Made by a program: the position numbers and the translations under genes
NCBI GenBank assembly: GCA_025594325.1
Contig: JANHCV010000009.1
Location: 434,001-498,000, forward strand
From: Blastocladiella emersonii ATCC 22665
Taxonomy: Eukaryota > Fungi > Blastocladiomycota
Direction of reading: 5' to 3'
DNA length: 64,000 nucleotides
The notes under the pieces: generated by a model
Database searches by the model: none
Told to the model about the DNA's origin: nothing
Seen by the model: only the letters and a program-made list of their open reading frames with translations
Shown here: positions 21,952 to 34,069 of the stretch, piece after piece
Position numbering within the stretch: the stretch's first letter is position 1
Layout: each line of letters starts with the position of its first letter

Positions 21952-22716
21952 TTACAGCGGCCGCTCGAGCAAGATGAAGTGCGAGTCCTTGGTAATCAAC
22001 TCGGGCGCGATCCCGAGCTCCGGCCACGTCCGCGTCGCGCCCGTCCGCACAAACCCGCGCTTCTCGTAGATCCCCGCCAGGTGCGCCTGGATGTTGACCA
22101 CCTCGATCAGCAGCGCGCGCTTTGTCTGCGGGTTCCGACTCGCCGCCGCCCGCGCGACGCCCACGGCCACCTCCACCAGATACCCCGCGAGCCCGCGCCG
22201 GTGCAGCAACGGGTGCACCGCCAGCTGCGACAGCGTCGGCTGGCCCGTCACGGCGTCGCGGTGCACGCTCAGCGCCGCGGCCAGCGGCAGACCGCGCGCG
22301 CCGAGGACCGCCGTCTTGCTCCCCGGCTCCGGCTGCGGGAGGTCGGGGAGCGCGGGCCAGTCGACCACGATCCGCAGCTCGTCGCGCACGTTGGCGAGCG
22401 CGGCGGAAACCTCGGCTGCGTCGGCCCGGTCGTGGATCGCGGGGACTTTGAACCAGTGCGCGTCCTCGTACGCCAGGTTCGTCACGGCCACGATCGCGGC
22501 CACGTCGGCGGGGTCGGCGGCGCGCGGGAAGGTGCCGAGCGAGCACGCGCCGCCGGCTTGAGAGATGGCGGCCGACAGGTCGGCGGAGGTGATGTACTCG
22601 GCCTCGGCCGTGGGGGTGGTGGGAACGGGGGTGTCGTTCGGCCTACACGCGCGTCGCGGATCGGTGGGTCGGTGGCCATCGACGAAGGCGACGCGCTCAG
22701 ATGGGGCGAGATGCAT
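21952..22716 (-). CDS. GNAT-family N-acetyltransferase (paralog 1, intronless)
   Basis: Acetyl-CoA-binding motif A LAVHPLLHRRGLAGYL. Motif B EVVNIQAHLAGIYEKRGF. The start codon (22716) is uncertain. Confidence 0.85.
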   Translation of the reverse strand: MHLAPSERVAFVDGHRPTDPRRACRPNDTPVPTTPTAEAEYITSADLSAAISQAGGACSLGTFPRAADPADVAAIVAVTNLAYEDAHWFKVPAIHDRADAAEVSAALANVRDELRIVVDWPALPDLPQPEPGSKTAVLGARGLPLAAALSVHRDAVTGQPTLSQLAVHPLLHRRGLAGYLVEVAVGVARAAASRNPQTKRALLIEVVNIQAHLAGIYEKRGFVRTGATRTWPELGIAPELITKDSHFILLERPL

Positions 22717-23096
22717 ACATGGTTGCGGTGTGCGGTGGAAGCTGGTCGCTAATCGGGCTGTATTGTGGGAGAAGCGAGCGAGCGGAGCGGGGTCTCGACG
22801 ACGGCGGCGGACGTGGGGGACCGCGGCGAGAGGCCGATGGCCGCGGACGATGGGCGACATGGGACGTGCGATGGCGCGAGCGTATGGGGGAACCGAGACA
22901 CCGGGTCCCATCAGGCTCATTTATCTGGGTTGAACGGTTGAACGGTCGCCGGGCGCCGGTGCGACGCGTGAGACGCCGCGGCGCACGTGCGCCGCGCGAG
23001 ACACTTTTGTTTCCTTCCAGAACCGTCAACACACGGAGACGGGCAGCTCATCCAGTGACCGACTACCGCAAAGCTATGTCTATACTCCCTATCACT

Positions 23097-23817
23097 CTAC
23101 AGCGGCCGCTCCATGAGCACCAAGTGACACGGCTGCGTGAACATGCTGGTCGGCACACCAAACTCGTCCCACGTCCGCACACGCCCGTTCTCGCTGAACC
23201 CAAACTTGCCGTAAATCTCGAGCAGGTGCGGCTGCAGGTTGATGACCTCGAGCAGCAGCGCGCGCGGCACTTTGGGGTCGTCCCGCGTCACGGCCACCCC
23301 GCCCACCCGCGCAGCGCACTCAACCATGTACTTGGCCAGCCCGCGCCGGTGCAGCAGCGGGTGCACCGCCAGCTGCGACAGCGTCGGCTGCCGCGTGAAC
23401 GCGTCCCGGTGCACGCTCATCGCGCACGCGAGCGGGCGGCCCGAGGCGCCGACGGCGGACGTCGCGCACCCGGCCGCGGGTTCGGGGATCGAGGCGGAGG
23501 GGGACGGCCAGTCGACGACCACGCGGATCTCGTCGGCCGTGTTCTCCGTCAGCGAAGCACGGATCTCGCCCGGGTTCGTCCGCTGGTGGAACGCCGGCTG
23601 CTTGAACCAGTTCGAGTCCTCGTACGCCTAGACACCGCGCCGAGCTGTCAGCCCTTACATCGCCTCGCTGATTCTCACAAGCGACCCGTACCAGGTTCGT
23701 CAGCGCAACAATCGCCTCAACATCCGCCTCGGTCGCGGGCCGCGGCGCCGTCCCGAGCGACGTCGGGCCCAGCGCCTGCGCGATCGCGGCGAGCTCGGCG
23801 GGCGTCAGGTACGTCAT
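23097..23817 (-). CDS. GNAT-family N-acetyltransferase (paralog 2, one intron 23628-23691)
   Basis: MTYLTPAEL..IVALTNL|AYEDSNWF..LAVHPLLHRRGLAKYM..EVINLQPHLLEIYGKFGF. The 64-nt gtacgg..ctgac..ctag intron restores the frame. Confidence 0.88.
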
Positions 23818-23869
23818 GGCGAGGCGAGTGCAAGTAGTTGTTTAGTGCCCAATGTGCGAATTCATGGGG

Positions 23870-24187
23870 TTATGGGCAGGGACGAGTGCGGTCCGCGGAC
23901 ACTCGAAGCGTGCAACGGCGTCGGCATCGGCGGGGTGGCTGATCTCGCGGGTCGACCCGGGCACGTGACGGATGCGAGACAATGCGCCACATCGAGGCGC
24001 GGCGCGTCGACGTGTCGGACGTGGGCCGGTGAAAATAGGGGTGCTGGTGAAGGTCGTACGGGATCGAGACGCGAGAAGTGTGAATGCAACCTAGACCGAC
24101 CGCGGTACACTCGGGTGGCAGCTTGCCGAGTTCAAACTGAGGATCGCGTTGCATCAAGTTCCATTCGGTCATTTTATCGGATTGCAT
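23870..24187 (-). pseudogene. 5' relic of the F-box-like family
   Basis: MQSDKMTEWNLMQRDPQFELGKLPPECTAV matches the family N-terminus (MQTNEMTECNLMQSDPRPGLGNLPLELATV), then homology is lost. The upstream palindrome is retained at 24276-24293. Confidence 0.75.
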
Positions 24188-24275
24188 GATGTCGTTGATC
24201 CGGGAGGGAGCGCTGCGCGTTGCGCAGCGATGAAACACACGAAGTGTCTGCGCTCAACGACGCCAAGGTCACGCC

Positions 24276-24293
24276 GGTTACGCGAAGGTAACC
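24276..24293. promoter_or_regulatory. Palindrome GGTTAC-N6-GTAACC upstream of the family relic
   Basis: Read directly. It lies 89 nt upstream of ATG 24187. Equivalent sites occur at 26995 and 56544. Confidence 0.55.
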
Positions 24294-24522
24294 AACGCGA
24301 TCTCCATGAGCAGCACCGCAAACACGACGTACCGACGGAATCAAACGTCAGGATTCAACAAGGCCAGATAGACGCGTAGGCCATCAAGGAGTAAAGGTTG
24401 AGGCTTACGGCGCGCAAATTTAGTTAAAGTTCGAGATCGTTTCGTCAACTAAGTTCAACATCAAATGAAAGATACATTTACTCCGTGACATTTACCTGAA
24501 CAGAGCGACCAACGGATCTCAA

Positions 24523-26893
24523 TCATAAGACTTCTTGGACGGCCGCGAGCAGCGCGTCCTTGAACTCGATTGAGGCTACGGTTTGAGGGGCCACGCGCGT
24601 GAGCTGTTCGAACGTCAGCTTGGCATAAGAGCTGTTATGCACCGAGACGACTGTAGCTTGCGCGATCCGCTGTGCACTCACAATCCCGTCAAGTGCGCCG
24701 TCTGGAATCTCGCGCAGCAGCGAGTGCGTGAACGGTACAAGTTTGTAGCCCGGGCCGTGTTCAAGGTCGAGCCACTTCAAGACGCCCGAAAGATCAGCGC
24801 GAAGAAGCGTACGGAGAGTCTCGCGGAACGGCGCCACGACTGTGCGGCATTGAGCGACACAGGGCAGGAGAACCACTTCGGGCTCGCCCGTGTCAGGCTG
24901 AGTGCTGTGAGCAACATAATCGATGAGAGCAATGTCCGGATTGGACCAAATTAACCCTGCAACCGCAGAAGCTGAACTCTTGGAGAGCTGGCGCACGAAG
25001 CCGGGGGGCGCGATGTCGATCACATGGACCATGGTATTGAACCACGCGCGCTGGCGCGAAAGCGGGCAGTCACCGCATGTTTTGAGGAACGGCGAACACG
25101 GAAACGTATGGCTCTCCACAAGCAGCGTGAGTTGGGCGTAGATCATCGCGTCGAGGTACAGGGACGCGGTGCCCCGTTCCCGAATGAGTTGTGACGCATA
25201 CTCGCGATGCGCGGGATCGTGGTCGATGGCGACAAGAACCCACACAAGTTTGGCACAGAACTTGACGTCGTACTGCCGCACAAATGCATCGGCAAGCTGG
25301 AACAGGATGCGCAAGTCGACGTGAAGCTGGCTCGAAAAAGTGACCTTCAGGGCCGCGTCCAGTGCAGGAGCCGTGCCACTAGCCCCGCGCACGGCGGACG
25401 GAAGCGCTTCGATGAAAGCAGCGAAGTTGTCACCAAAGTGCACATGAGCAAATCCAAGAAGTTGCTGGGCGCTGTGAGCCGTGTGAACGTGCGTGACAAA
25501 TGCTACCAATATTTCTTTGGTCAGTCAAGGGAATCAATAGGTGTAAGAAGAGTGACGTACCAGCCGTCAGCATTTCGGACAGCGCGTCGCCAGCGTACTC
25601 AACAAGTGCGATCGCGCTTGGGCTCGATAGACCGCTGTCAGCATCGCGCAAAGTCTGCAAAACGAGGTGTCCCCAGCCGCGCACGTCAAGCTGCCTGCAC
25701 CAGATGAGCGTGGTGATCAAGTCGCCAGAGCAGAAGCCGCCGGCTTCGAAATGGTCTGCAAGATCTTCCTTGGTCGCATTTCCAACAAGTCGGAGGCCGA
25801 TCTTGGAGTTGAGCTCTATGAGTCGCCGAAAGACAGATGGCCACTCTACGAAACGGGCGATTAGATCCCGGGTGTCGTCGGTCAGAATAATGCCTTGACG
25901 CGGCCAGCACTCGAGAAACAGCCAGTTGAACATGTCGATAATACAATCTTCACTCATTCCATGCAAAAGCCTCGGGAGGTCCGCGAGGAAGTTTGCCATG
26001 TTTACTTGCTTAACAAAGTACGTGGTAAGCCACTGCTCGTTGAAGCTGAGCCGCGGGTGACGCAGGGCCTGCATGGTCGGGTAGCTCCACGTAAAAATCG
26101 AAATCAGGCCAATCATGTCGAGGAGCTTGACAGGAATCAGGTCCTGACCCTCGTCCGCCTCGTCGTCATCATCGTCTGCGGCGACCCGCCAGGAGAACTT
26201 GTTCCAGAGAAAGTAGAGCCGCGCTTGGCGTGAAAAGGCACACCAGCTATTACCAGGAAGTTCAAAGAGGAAGAGCTCGGGGACCCGCTCCTTGGCGCTC
26301 AGAAGCGGCGGAAGCAGGTGCCGGGGCTCGAGCGCAAATGCGGCAGTAATAAGAATTTGAAGCGCGGTGGCGATAGGGATGTGGGTAGCGTTCACGACTT
26401 TGCCAACCGGGCGGTCCTTGATGAGTTGATTTGCTTCGTCGGCGAGGTCAGCAAGCTGGTTGCAAGCTGGGTCGAAGCCAGCGATATTGGCGGCCGCTCG
26501 AACAAGAAAGTAGTCCAAGATCACGGGGTACAGGGACACGACAGAGCGAGCATCCGCGCTCGGGTGGGCGGCCGAAATGCGTGACTTGAACAGCGAAAAG
26601 TTGCGTTGACGCTCGAGCAGATAAGTCGCGTAAGTGACGAACAGCTCGTCCCTGAACCGAAGCCGGTTATCCTCCGCGTTGTATGTCTGATTGACGAGGA
26701 GAGAGTGGACCCACTTGTGCTTGACCTGCGTGGTACAAGCCATGTGGTGAAGCTGGCGGGAAGCTGTGGCAACAGCGCGCTTTGGGCCCGACAGCTGGAG
26801 CACGACAGTCGCAAGTTCAAGCGGCAGGTTGCCGAGCCCGGGCCGCGGATCGGATTGCATCAAGTTACATTCAGTCATTTCATTGGTTTGCAT
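24523..26893 (-). CDS. F-box-like accessory family member, apparently intact (774 aa, phase-1 intron 25515-25560)
   Basis: GLGNLPLELATVVLQL N-terminal motif. The 46-nt gtacgt..ctgac..aag intron joins the two ORFs in frame. C-terminal KTCGDC and LLREIPDGALDGIV motifs. Confidence 0.85.
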
Positions 26894-26994
26894 GAAGTTA
26901 GGAGGGGAGGGAGAGAGCTCGGAACCGCGGATCGGGCGGATGCTCGAAACGAAACGACGGAGTCGCAAACGACGCCAAGAGCGCCACTCACGCC

Positions 26995-27012
26995 GGTCAC
27001 GCGGTGGTGACC
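26995..27012. promoter_or_regulatory. Palindrome GGTCAC-N6-GTGACC upstream of family gene
   Basis: Read directly. It lies 102 nt upstream of ATG 26893. Confidence 0.55.
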
Positions 27013-27114
27013 AACACGTTCCCGCATCGGGGAAGCCAAGGTAAACGCTTCGTGAGTCTGAAGAAATGAGCAAAAGAACAACCTTAATCGTATAATTTTA
27101 AAGACAAACAAGAC

Positions 27115-30100
27115 TCAAGCCGTGGGAAGAAGCGGGAAGAGGAGCGCGCGCTTGAGCTCCGATTTGAGCATATTGAACACGGCGACCGTGCCCGGCTCGG
27201 TCCGCGGGAACTGGGCCACGTCAGGGATCGAGTGATCCATCATGGCCGCGTGGCCAAAATCAAAGTACTCGTCAATTGCGCTCGTGTGATCGCCAAGCCA
27301 GTCGATGACAGGAAATTTGGTCCGCTTGTGCGAGAAATGGGCAGCTTCCGCGCCATCGACCAGCCGGCGAAGCTTCTTGACGTGTGCCCGCGTAGCAGCC
27401 GAGGCGGTCGACTTTGCTGGAAGCATTGGCACACGCAAGAAGCTGACATCGAAGACGACGGTTGGACCAAACGCCTTGCCCTGTGGCGCGAGGACCACTG
27501 GTCGATTGACGAAAAGGATCGCGGTGATGCCGTCGTACTCGCAGTCCACGATCTTGGCCACAAAAGCACACGAATGGCGACCGATCAGGTTTGGAATGTC
27601 AATGAACAGGGCCTTGAGTCCAAGGGCGCTGCACGCGCCTTGGTTGCGCTGGTTGGGCTCAGGTTCAGGGTAGTTAATCCGGCCGCCTGGCCTCAGGCAT
27701 TCGGACTTGGAGTACATGTTGACGATCCGGTGCAGCCCAGCTCGGTAAGAGAGTCGCGAGATGGCCCGCCCGCCGTCTACGGGCTCGTACGGCGGGAGTG
27801 CGATTCGAGGAATAAGCGGGACAAGGCCAATCACAGGAAGCACCGCTTGTGGGACAAAGTACACCGAGACTTGGATGACGCGCGTGGTACGATCGACCGC
27901 AACAGTGGTTGCTTGAGCAGAGGAGGGAAGTCGGAATTGCTGCAGCTTCCCATCGACGTACAGCGCAACAGCGCCTTTGTAAAGCGTGAGATCACAAGCT
28001 GGAGCAATCTTCAAGCGAACCTTGTCGCGACCGGCGGGCAAATCCAGGAAGAGGCGCGCAAGGTTGGGTCCGAGTACCGCGAGATGAGAGACTGGCAAGT
28101 TCCAAGCAGGCGGACGCGAAGCGCCGGCTGCACGGGCAGCGGCTGCCGACTCCATGATTCCGCGGACAGCAGCCTGCATAGCCAAAAGCGGGATCCGTGT
28201 CGTTTTGATCATTTCACAACCGAGTTCGTTACTGATCGTCATTAGGCCTGTGCCAAGAGCGGCGTCTGGCCGCGTGAGAGCTCGGTAAGCAGCAAGGCAG
28301 CATTGAGCGCTAGAATTGTCCAAGTGGTGAGCTGCCATGTACCAAGTCGCGTGGACCGTTCCGCGCGACGCGTCGTGGACCACGCGAAGCGATTTGAACG
28401 CTGTCTGTCGCTCGGTTTCCTTCCAGCCGACGTAGATGCACGCAGCGGGAGAACGCAGCGGAAACGGAGACGCAAGCGTGAACGTGGCCTCGGCGCGGTA
28501 AGCAAAATCGAGGTCATTTCCAGGGACGCCATCCCCCTGAAAGCCGTGGCCAAGCGCATGGAGAGAATTCTCGGAATAAGGGCGATGAAAGATTCCATAG
28601 TGGGTCAAGGTAAGTGCGCCAAGATCAGCGTTCCCGCTCCCTTCAGCTGGCGCGCTCAGGTGCGGCCAAGGAAGCGTGGTGTACGGCGCTGCACCACACC
28701 AGGTCAGGCGACCGCCAGCAAACGCGTAAGCAAGGAGCTTGATGGGAAGCATGCCCGTCCGAAACGATCCACCTAAACACGTCAAAAACACCGTCAGTAT
28801 GCATGCTCGACGGGCCAGGAGTATGTAAACAAGACTTGCCAAGAGTACACGCATCCGGATGGCCGAGCTTTAGGCTGGAGGAAACGAGCCCCGTAATCTC
28901 TCGCGACACGTGAGGCGAATCACCAAGGGAGACGGGGACCATGGGCTGGCCAAGCTTTCGGAACGTGTACTGTCGATAGGGCATGATTTGCGACTCGGTG
29001 CACGCGGCGGGAGCGAACGGCTGCGCGCGCGAGTGCCAGCTGTCAAAATCGGCCTCGCCAGCCTCGCACAAGGCGACCCCAAAAAGCACGGAAAGCACTG
29101 AGATGGTCAGCCCAAGGGAGTGCTCGAGCGCCTTGATCGCGCCTTCGCTGCGGCTGGAGTGCTGGTTGGAGCAGACTCGCAAGAGCGAGTGGTCGCCCGC
29201 CTTCGCGTCGTTGTACTTGAGAACAGCCGACGCAAGCAGGAGCAAGTGGACGAGCCCGCACCGATCAGCGAGAGTCGAAGTGTCGACCACGTCAAAACGA
29301 AGCGCAGGATCCGCGGCCAGCTCCTCGAGCAAGAGAATTGCGTCGCCGAGGACAAAGACAAGCTGATTCGCTGGCGCGGTAGGCGAAACGAACGGAGCTG
29401 GAGCAAGGACACGGCGAAGGGCACTTGTCCACTTGGTGAGCTGATCCATCAATCCGTCCTCGATGCTTTGAGAGCTCACATCCATGCTAATGCCGGAAAG
29501 CTGCGAGCCCAGGGTGGAGCTGCTGTAGAAGGTCGGGTTGACAAAGACACGCGGGCACGTGCCCGACTCGGACCGTTTTCGCAACAGGATGCTGCCGCCG
29601 GACTCGCCGAGAAAGTACGCGTTGTCGTCAACAAGCCGCTCGTGCTCGCAAGCGAGTCGCCCCTTGACAGAGAATCCAAGGAAATCGGTTAGGTCGAGGG
29701 AGAGCGCCGTACGGGAACGGAGAACGAGCGCATCGCGCGCAACCTTCGTTCGCTCAGTCTGCTCCGATGGCAAGGATAGATCGTGATCCCTTTGAAGCCG
29801 GTGGAGGGCCGACGTATCCGCCGCGAGAAGTTGAGCGCGCGCGGCGACCTGGTCAGCCGAGTCCGGAAGTGAACTGGACCGCTCGCGCCAAGCGTGCCAG
29901 CAAGCGCGGACGGCGTCGAGCGTCGGCTGGTTCATGACACGCACCTGCAAGTCTGTCGCGAGCCAGTCAAAGTCAATGCACAAGCGCATCTGCTCGATCC
30001 AGAAGTTGAACGCGTCCGCCTCGAGGTGCTCCGAAAACCAGAGCTGGCCAATGAAGCGGTCGAGATCGTCGTGGTCAAGGAACGAGTGCATAAGGGCATG

Positions 30101-30394
30101 GAGAATCAAGAGCGAGCGAGCGATGGGGTCAGGGCGCAGGTCGTTGAGCGTGAAGGACATGGTTGCGCGCGACTGCTTGCGCTCGGCCTCGCCCAGCGTG
30201 TGCGCGATCGAGCGCAGGTCATTGAAACCGCATAAAAGCGCACGAAGTTCGCGATCGGCGATTTGGGCGTCGTGGTACATGAACACGTCGGTGGCATACG
30301 AGTCGCGGAACGGATCAAAGTGGTCTGCTGGGTTTGTGTACAAAACCGGCGCGCTCGTCTGTGTCGGTACAAAAATAAGGTCGGCCGATTCCAT
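27115..30394 (-). CDS. DUF4470-like protein, copy 1 (intron about 28773-28848)
   Basis: LLCGFNDLRSIAHTL, FTLNDLRPDPIARSLLIL and RFDVVDTSTLADRCG resemble the DUF4470 motifs (GxGDxRn, DxxxxxARN, FDxIDTSNLAD). Splicing restores alignment to the 34070-37399 paralog. Confidence 0.8.
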
Positions 30395-31041
30395 TGCAGC
30401 AAGTTACTTCATTAGATTAGCATTGCTAGATGAGTGAGAGTTGTCAAGGGGGAGCGCGAGTCGCTGGCGACAGAGGCTTGAAACGCCACCGCCATCACAA
30501 CCAGTGTTGAATATCACAACACGTGTTTTCGCGACGCGTCTCGCGTCGGACGTCGGCATCATGAGTTTGTCCGTTGATCGAATTGACCGCGTTTTTTCGA
30601 AGGGCTCGCTGCCCAGCAGGGCCAACAGCATGTCGGCCGACAGCGCTGCTTCACTTGCGACCACCCCCCGCCACAACCAACCACTTGGCGAGAAGAGCCT
30701 TGTCGCGCCTGGCAGCGTGCGTTGCCAAGTCGCTCACCGTTGTAGGTCTTAAACATGGGCATGACGGGCGCGGGCCATCACGGAGCACGCGCCGCAGTTT
30801 GACACGTTCAGCATGCGTTGCGACGCACGTCGCTCGCGCAAGCGGGCCTCGATGCGATCCTCAAGCACCGATCCGCCAGCCTCAAACAGGTTATGCTTGA
30901 GGAGGTCAAAAAAGCTGGGATGGGCAGCAAGCTCGACGTTGCCGGCTCTCCGGCTCTGTGGATAACCCGTCAATCAGCTGATCAAAACTCGGCGGTGCCC
31001 CCTGCCCTCGCTTTTCCGCGCATCTGCACAAACCCTTCACC

Positions 31042-32214
31042 ATGGATCTAATGGAAAGGACACTCCCTGCATTGCCGGTTGAGATACTGGATCTTATCTT
31101 GCGCGAAGCCGTTTTGACGCACGGCCCAAACGAGCTCGACAGGCTTGCCGAGTATGGTCACGTCATGCCGCAGGCGTATGCACCGCGCGCCCGCGACACT
31201 ATTCAGCAACGGCTTCTCTAGCGCATGGCCATGGACAAAGCCACACACAAGGGTCGCATCGATGTGCTCGAGGCCTGGCGCCGCTCGGGGTTCCCGCTTG
31301 GTCACACTGAAAGAGCTTTCTATATTGTCAACTCTTACGAGTTACTCGACTGGTGGTATCGATCTGGACTCGCTATGCCAGAGGTCAAAGAGCCATACCA
31401 AGCCCACATTGCTGTTCACCTTATGGGAGAAACTCGCGCGGACGTGAAGATGTGGGTACGTCGCGGGTGCTCAAACTCGACCTCTCCCGGCTTTCGCTCT
31501 CGTCGGACGACATGGCCAATCTCGCATCCCTACTTGCCTTCTGGACTAACTCACCTCAATTTCTCGGTCACCGACTTCAAAGCCCTTGGCGCGGAATATC
31601 TCGCGCGTCACCTTCCGCCTGGACTGATCTCGCTTGACGTGTCCAGCAACTGGCTTGGCGATGCGGGCGCAGCCGTACTCATCAGCCACATGCCACCGGG
31701 ACTGCACGAGCTCTCACTACACGAGTGTCGCAATGGCTCAACTGGAATTGTGAACCTCGCCCCACGCCTTCCCGCGAGCCTAGTTGCCCTGACGATATCA
31801 GGGAACGGAATTGATGCGTTTGCAGCAAGGGTTCTCGCGCAGCATCTCCCTCAAGCTCTTGGACGGCTTGACATTTCGAACCATCCGCTTGGGCTTTGTG
31901 CACAAGGTGCCGAGCAAATCGTACATGCTCTGCCGTCGACGCTGCGCTTTCTCTGGCTAAACAACACAGGCGCGACCGACGCGGTTGTGTGCACGCGCAT
32001 GTCGCGCGCGCTATGGAGATTCGTGGACCTGGACATTAGCGGGACGTGTTCGACCCATGTCGCACTCGAGGCCATTCTCAACCACAATTTGCCAAGCTTA
32101 CAGTGGCTCGGACTTGCCAACATCACCGATCCAGACACGGGGGACGAGGTTGACATGACATCGTTCCTCGCACGAGTCCCAGTTGGACTTCCCGTGGACC
32201 TGGACGCCGCATGA
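31042..32214 (+). pseudogene. F-box-like / ankyrin-like 'VLDWW' / RNI-type LRR gene, disrupted
   Basis: ATG 31042 gives MDLMERTLPALPVEILDLIL, then an in-frame TAG at 31219-31221. It continues AMDKATHKGRIDVLEAW..LLDWWYRSGL, followed by about 7 LRRs (e.g. LISLDVSSNWLGDAGA). A second frame around 31.47-31.53 kb encodes an LRR-like VLKLDLSRLSLSSDDMANLASLL. Confidence 0.8.
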
Positions 32215-32388
32215 ATGTATCGGTGTTATGATCTGTCTCGGCGCAGATGGGCAGTCTCGGGCGAACGACGCGTCGTTCATAACACGTGATGTGAACAACC
32301 CGAAGCTCAGAGGACAGGTATTGCGCAGCTTCATCGCACCCGTCCAGAAATTCATTCAAAATCTGCATTCAAATGATTACACCTATTG

Positions 32389-33819
32389 CTAATACATTGA
32401 CATGAGTGGATTCGCAGGCCCTGGCGACGCCCGCGCTGTACTCGCAGCAAGAATCGCGGCCGCCGCGCTGTACGCTTCGGGGCACTCGAAATCGAGGACG
32501 ATCCAGGTCCCCGTCGCACGCGCGTTGACGACAATTGATAGTTCTTCGCCAGGTGGGGCAGCGTACGCGATGAACGCGGTCGCCGGCCCGCATAACGAGC
32601 GCGACATCCGGCTGCTCCGTTCGCGCAGGACCACCGCAGTCGTATCGCCGTGTCCAACGCACCACAGATCCATTTCTGTGGCTCGTGTCGAGCGCCACGA
32701 CTGCATGAGCCGATCAGCGAGACTGCGCGCGGGCGCCCATGCCGGAAAAGCACGATGCGCGCGGACGCGGAAGTGCAGAACGGTCAACCCACACGCGAGA
32801 CTCGGGTCGCTGAACACGTCAAGCGCCTGTGACGGCCAAAAAAACGAGGGCGGTAGCGGTGAATGTACGGTGCTCGTCTCGCTGGGTGGAAGTACGAGAA
32901 GTGGGACCGTCGCGGCGAACGGCGGAGTGAAAGCGGGCAAGGCCTTGTCGTTGGAGCGAGTCGCTGCGTCCACGAGATCCAGCGGCGGAGAAGCATCGGA
33001 AGCGCTGCTGGCGACCGCGGACGGCTTGGCCGCCACGACGGCCGAGTCGAGTGTGAGATTCAGGTCATCGGATTCGTCAGCATCAGCGAAACCACCGCGG
33101 ATTTGCAGGCTACCGGCGCCATCGCCCGCGGTCCCGCGCTGCTGCTCGAGCTGACGTCGCACCTTGGCCGCGTTGAGCGCGGCGAGCAGCATCGGGCCCG
33201 TGTAGCTTGCGACCGAGAACGCGCCCGCGAACGCGACAAGCACGGTGATCAGCTCGTACTGGACACGGGCGCTCGGCGGCGTCGAGAGTAGAACATTGAC
33301 GATGATGATGATCACGGCCGCGTTGACGAGGCAGATGCCCCAGCGCACCGCCTCCTTGAGGTTAAACCGACATCCACGCGCGCGCCACGCCCACCACAGC
33401 GCGAGCGCGTAGAATGCCGAATGCGTCGACGTGATCCACAGCGCCGCGTTGCCAAGGATGTCGGGCGCCGCGCACCGGCAGCGGTACTCGATGGTCGTGA
33501 TGGTGGTCAGCACGTTGACCGACGGCGAGCACGACACGGCGAGGTAGATGGTGGGACCGAGATACATGAAGACCATGACGAGGCCCGACTGCGCGAAAAG
33601 TCGAGCGAAATGCGAGCTAGACCCGTTGAGCGCGCCGAGCGCGAGTCGAAGGCGGAGCTGGGCGGCCGCGTTGAGCCGCGGTTTGCCCGACGCGGACGAA
33701 CCAGACCGCCCAAAAGTCCCGATCGTCCGCCGCCGTGAAGCAAGCTTGCCGCCACCGCTGCTACGAACGCTCCCCATCCTGGCCGTCCGAAGGACGGGAG
33801 CGTGGCCACCGGGCTTCAT
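32389..33819 (-). CDS. N-terminally truncated class C (7tm_3-like) GPCR: about TM4-TM7 plus cytoplasmic tail; possibly a pseudogene
   Basis: Four TM segments. ALWWAWRARGCRFNLKEAVRWGICLVNAAVIIII resembles the class-C TM5-loop-TM6 pattern (W.tR.....N-e/d.+.+g..+yN). No signal peptide, ligand-binding domain or TM1-3. Confidence 0.62.
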   Translation of the reverse strand: MKPGGHAPVLRTARMGSVRSSGGGKLASRRRTIGTFGRSGSSASGKPRLNAAAQLRLRLALGALNGSSSHFARLFAQSGLVMVFMYLGPTIYLAVSCSPSVNVLTTITTIEYRCRCAAPDILGNAALWITSTHSAFYALALWWAWRARGCRFNLKEAVRWGICLVNAAVIIIIVNVLLSTPPSARVQYELITVLVAFAGAFSVASYTGPMLLAALNAAKVRRQLEQQRGTAGDGAGSLQIRGGFADADESDDLNLTLDSAVVAAKPSAVASSASDASPPLDLVDAATRSNDKALPAFTPPFAATVPLLVLPPSETSTVHSPLPPSFFWPSQALDVFSDPSLACGLTVLHFRVRAHRAFPAWAPARSLADRLMQSWRSTRATEMDLWCVGHGDTTAVVLRERSSRMSRSLCGPATAFIAYAAPPGEELSIVVNARATGTWIVLDFECPEAYSAAAAILAASTARASPGPANPLMSMY

Positions 33820-34069
33820 AACACTAGAAGCCGTCTTCGACCAGTTACTCCATCAGTTTTGCATGATAGCCAACGAGCAAAGGAGGAGGAGCGGCTCGGG
33901 GCTCGTGGGAAACGGAGGCACAGAGAGCGCCGCGTTGACCGCGTGTCTCATCGCGTGAGCGGCGCCTCCTGCAACGGACTGGCCGGCGGGCTGAGGCGCT
34001 GACTCCCTCCTCCCACACGGCCCCATCAGCTCTCGAACCCATGCTAAACTGATGAAGTAACTGACCGCA

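Noticed and set aside
20003-22546. 847-aa minus-strand ORF and similar long ORFs (2436-4036 -, 6158-7657 +, 10200-11423 +, 11389-12984 +, 35642-37456 -)
   Set aside because: These are antisense or alternative-frame shadows of real genes with extreme GC3 bias. They are Arg/Gly/Ala-rich with no motifs.
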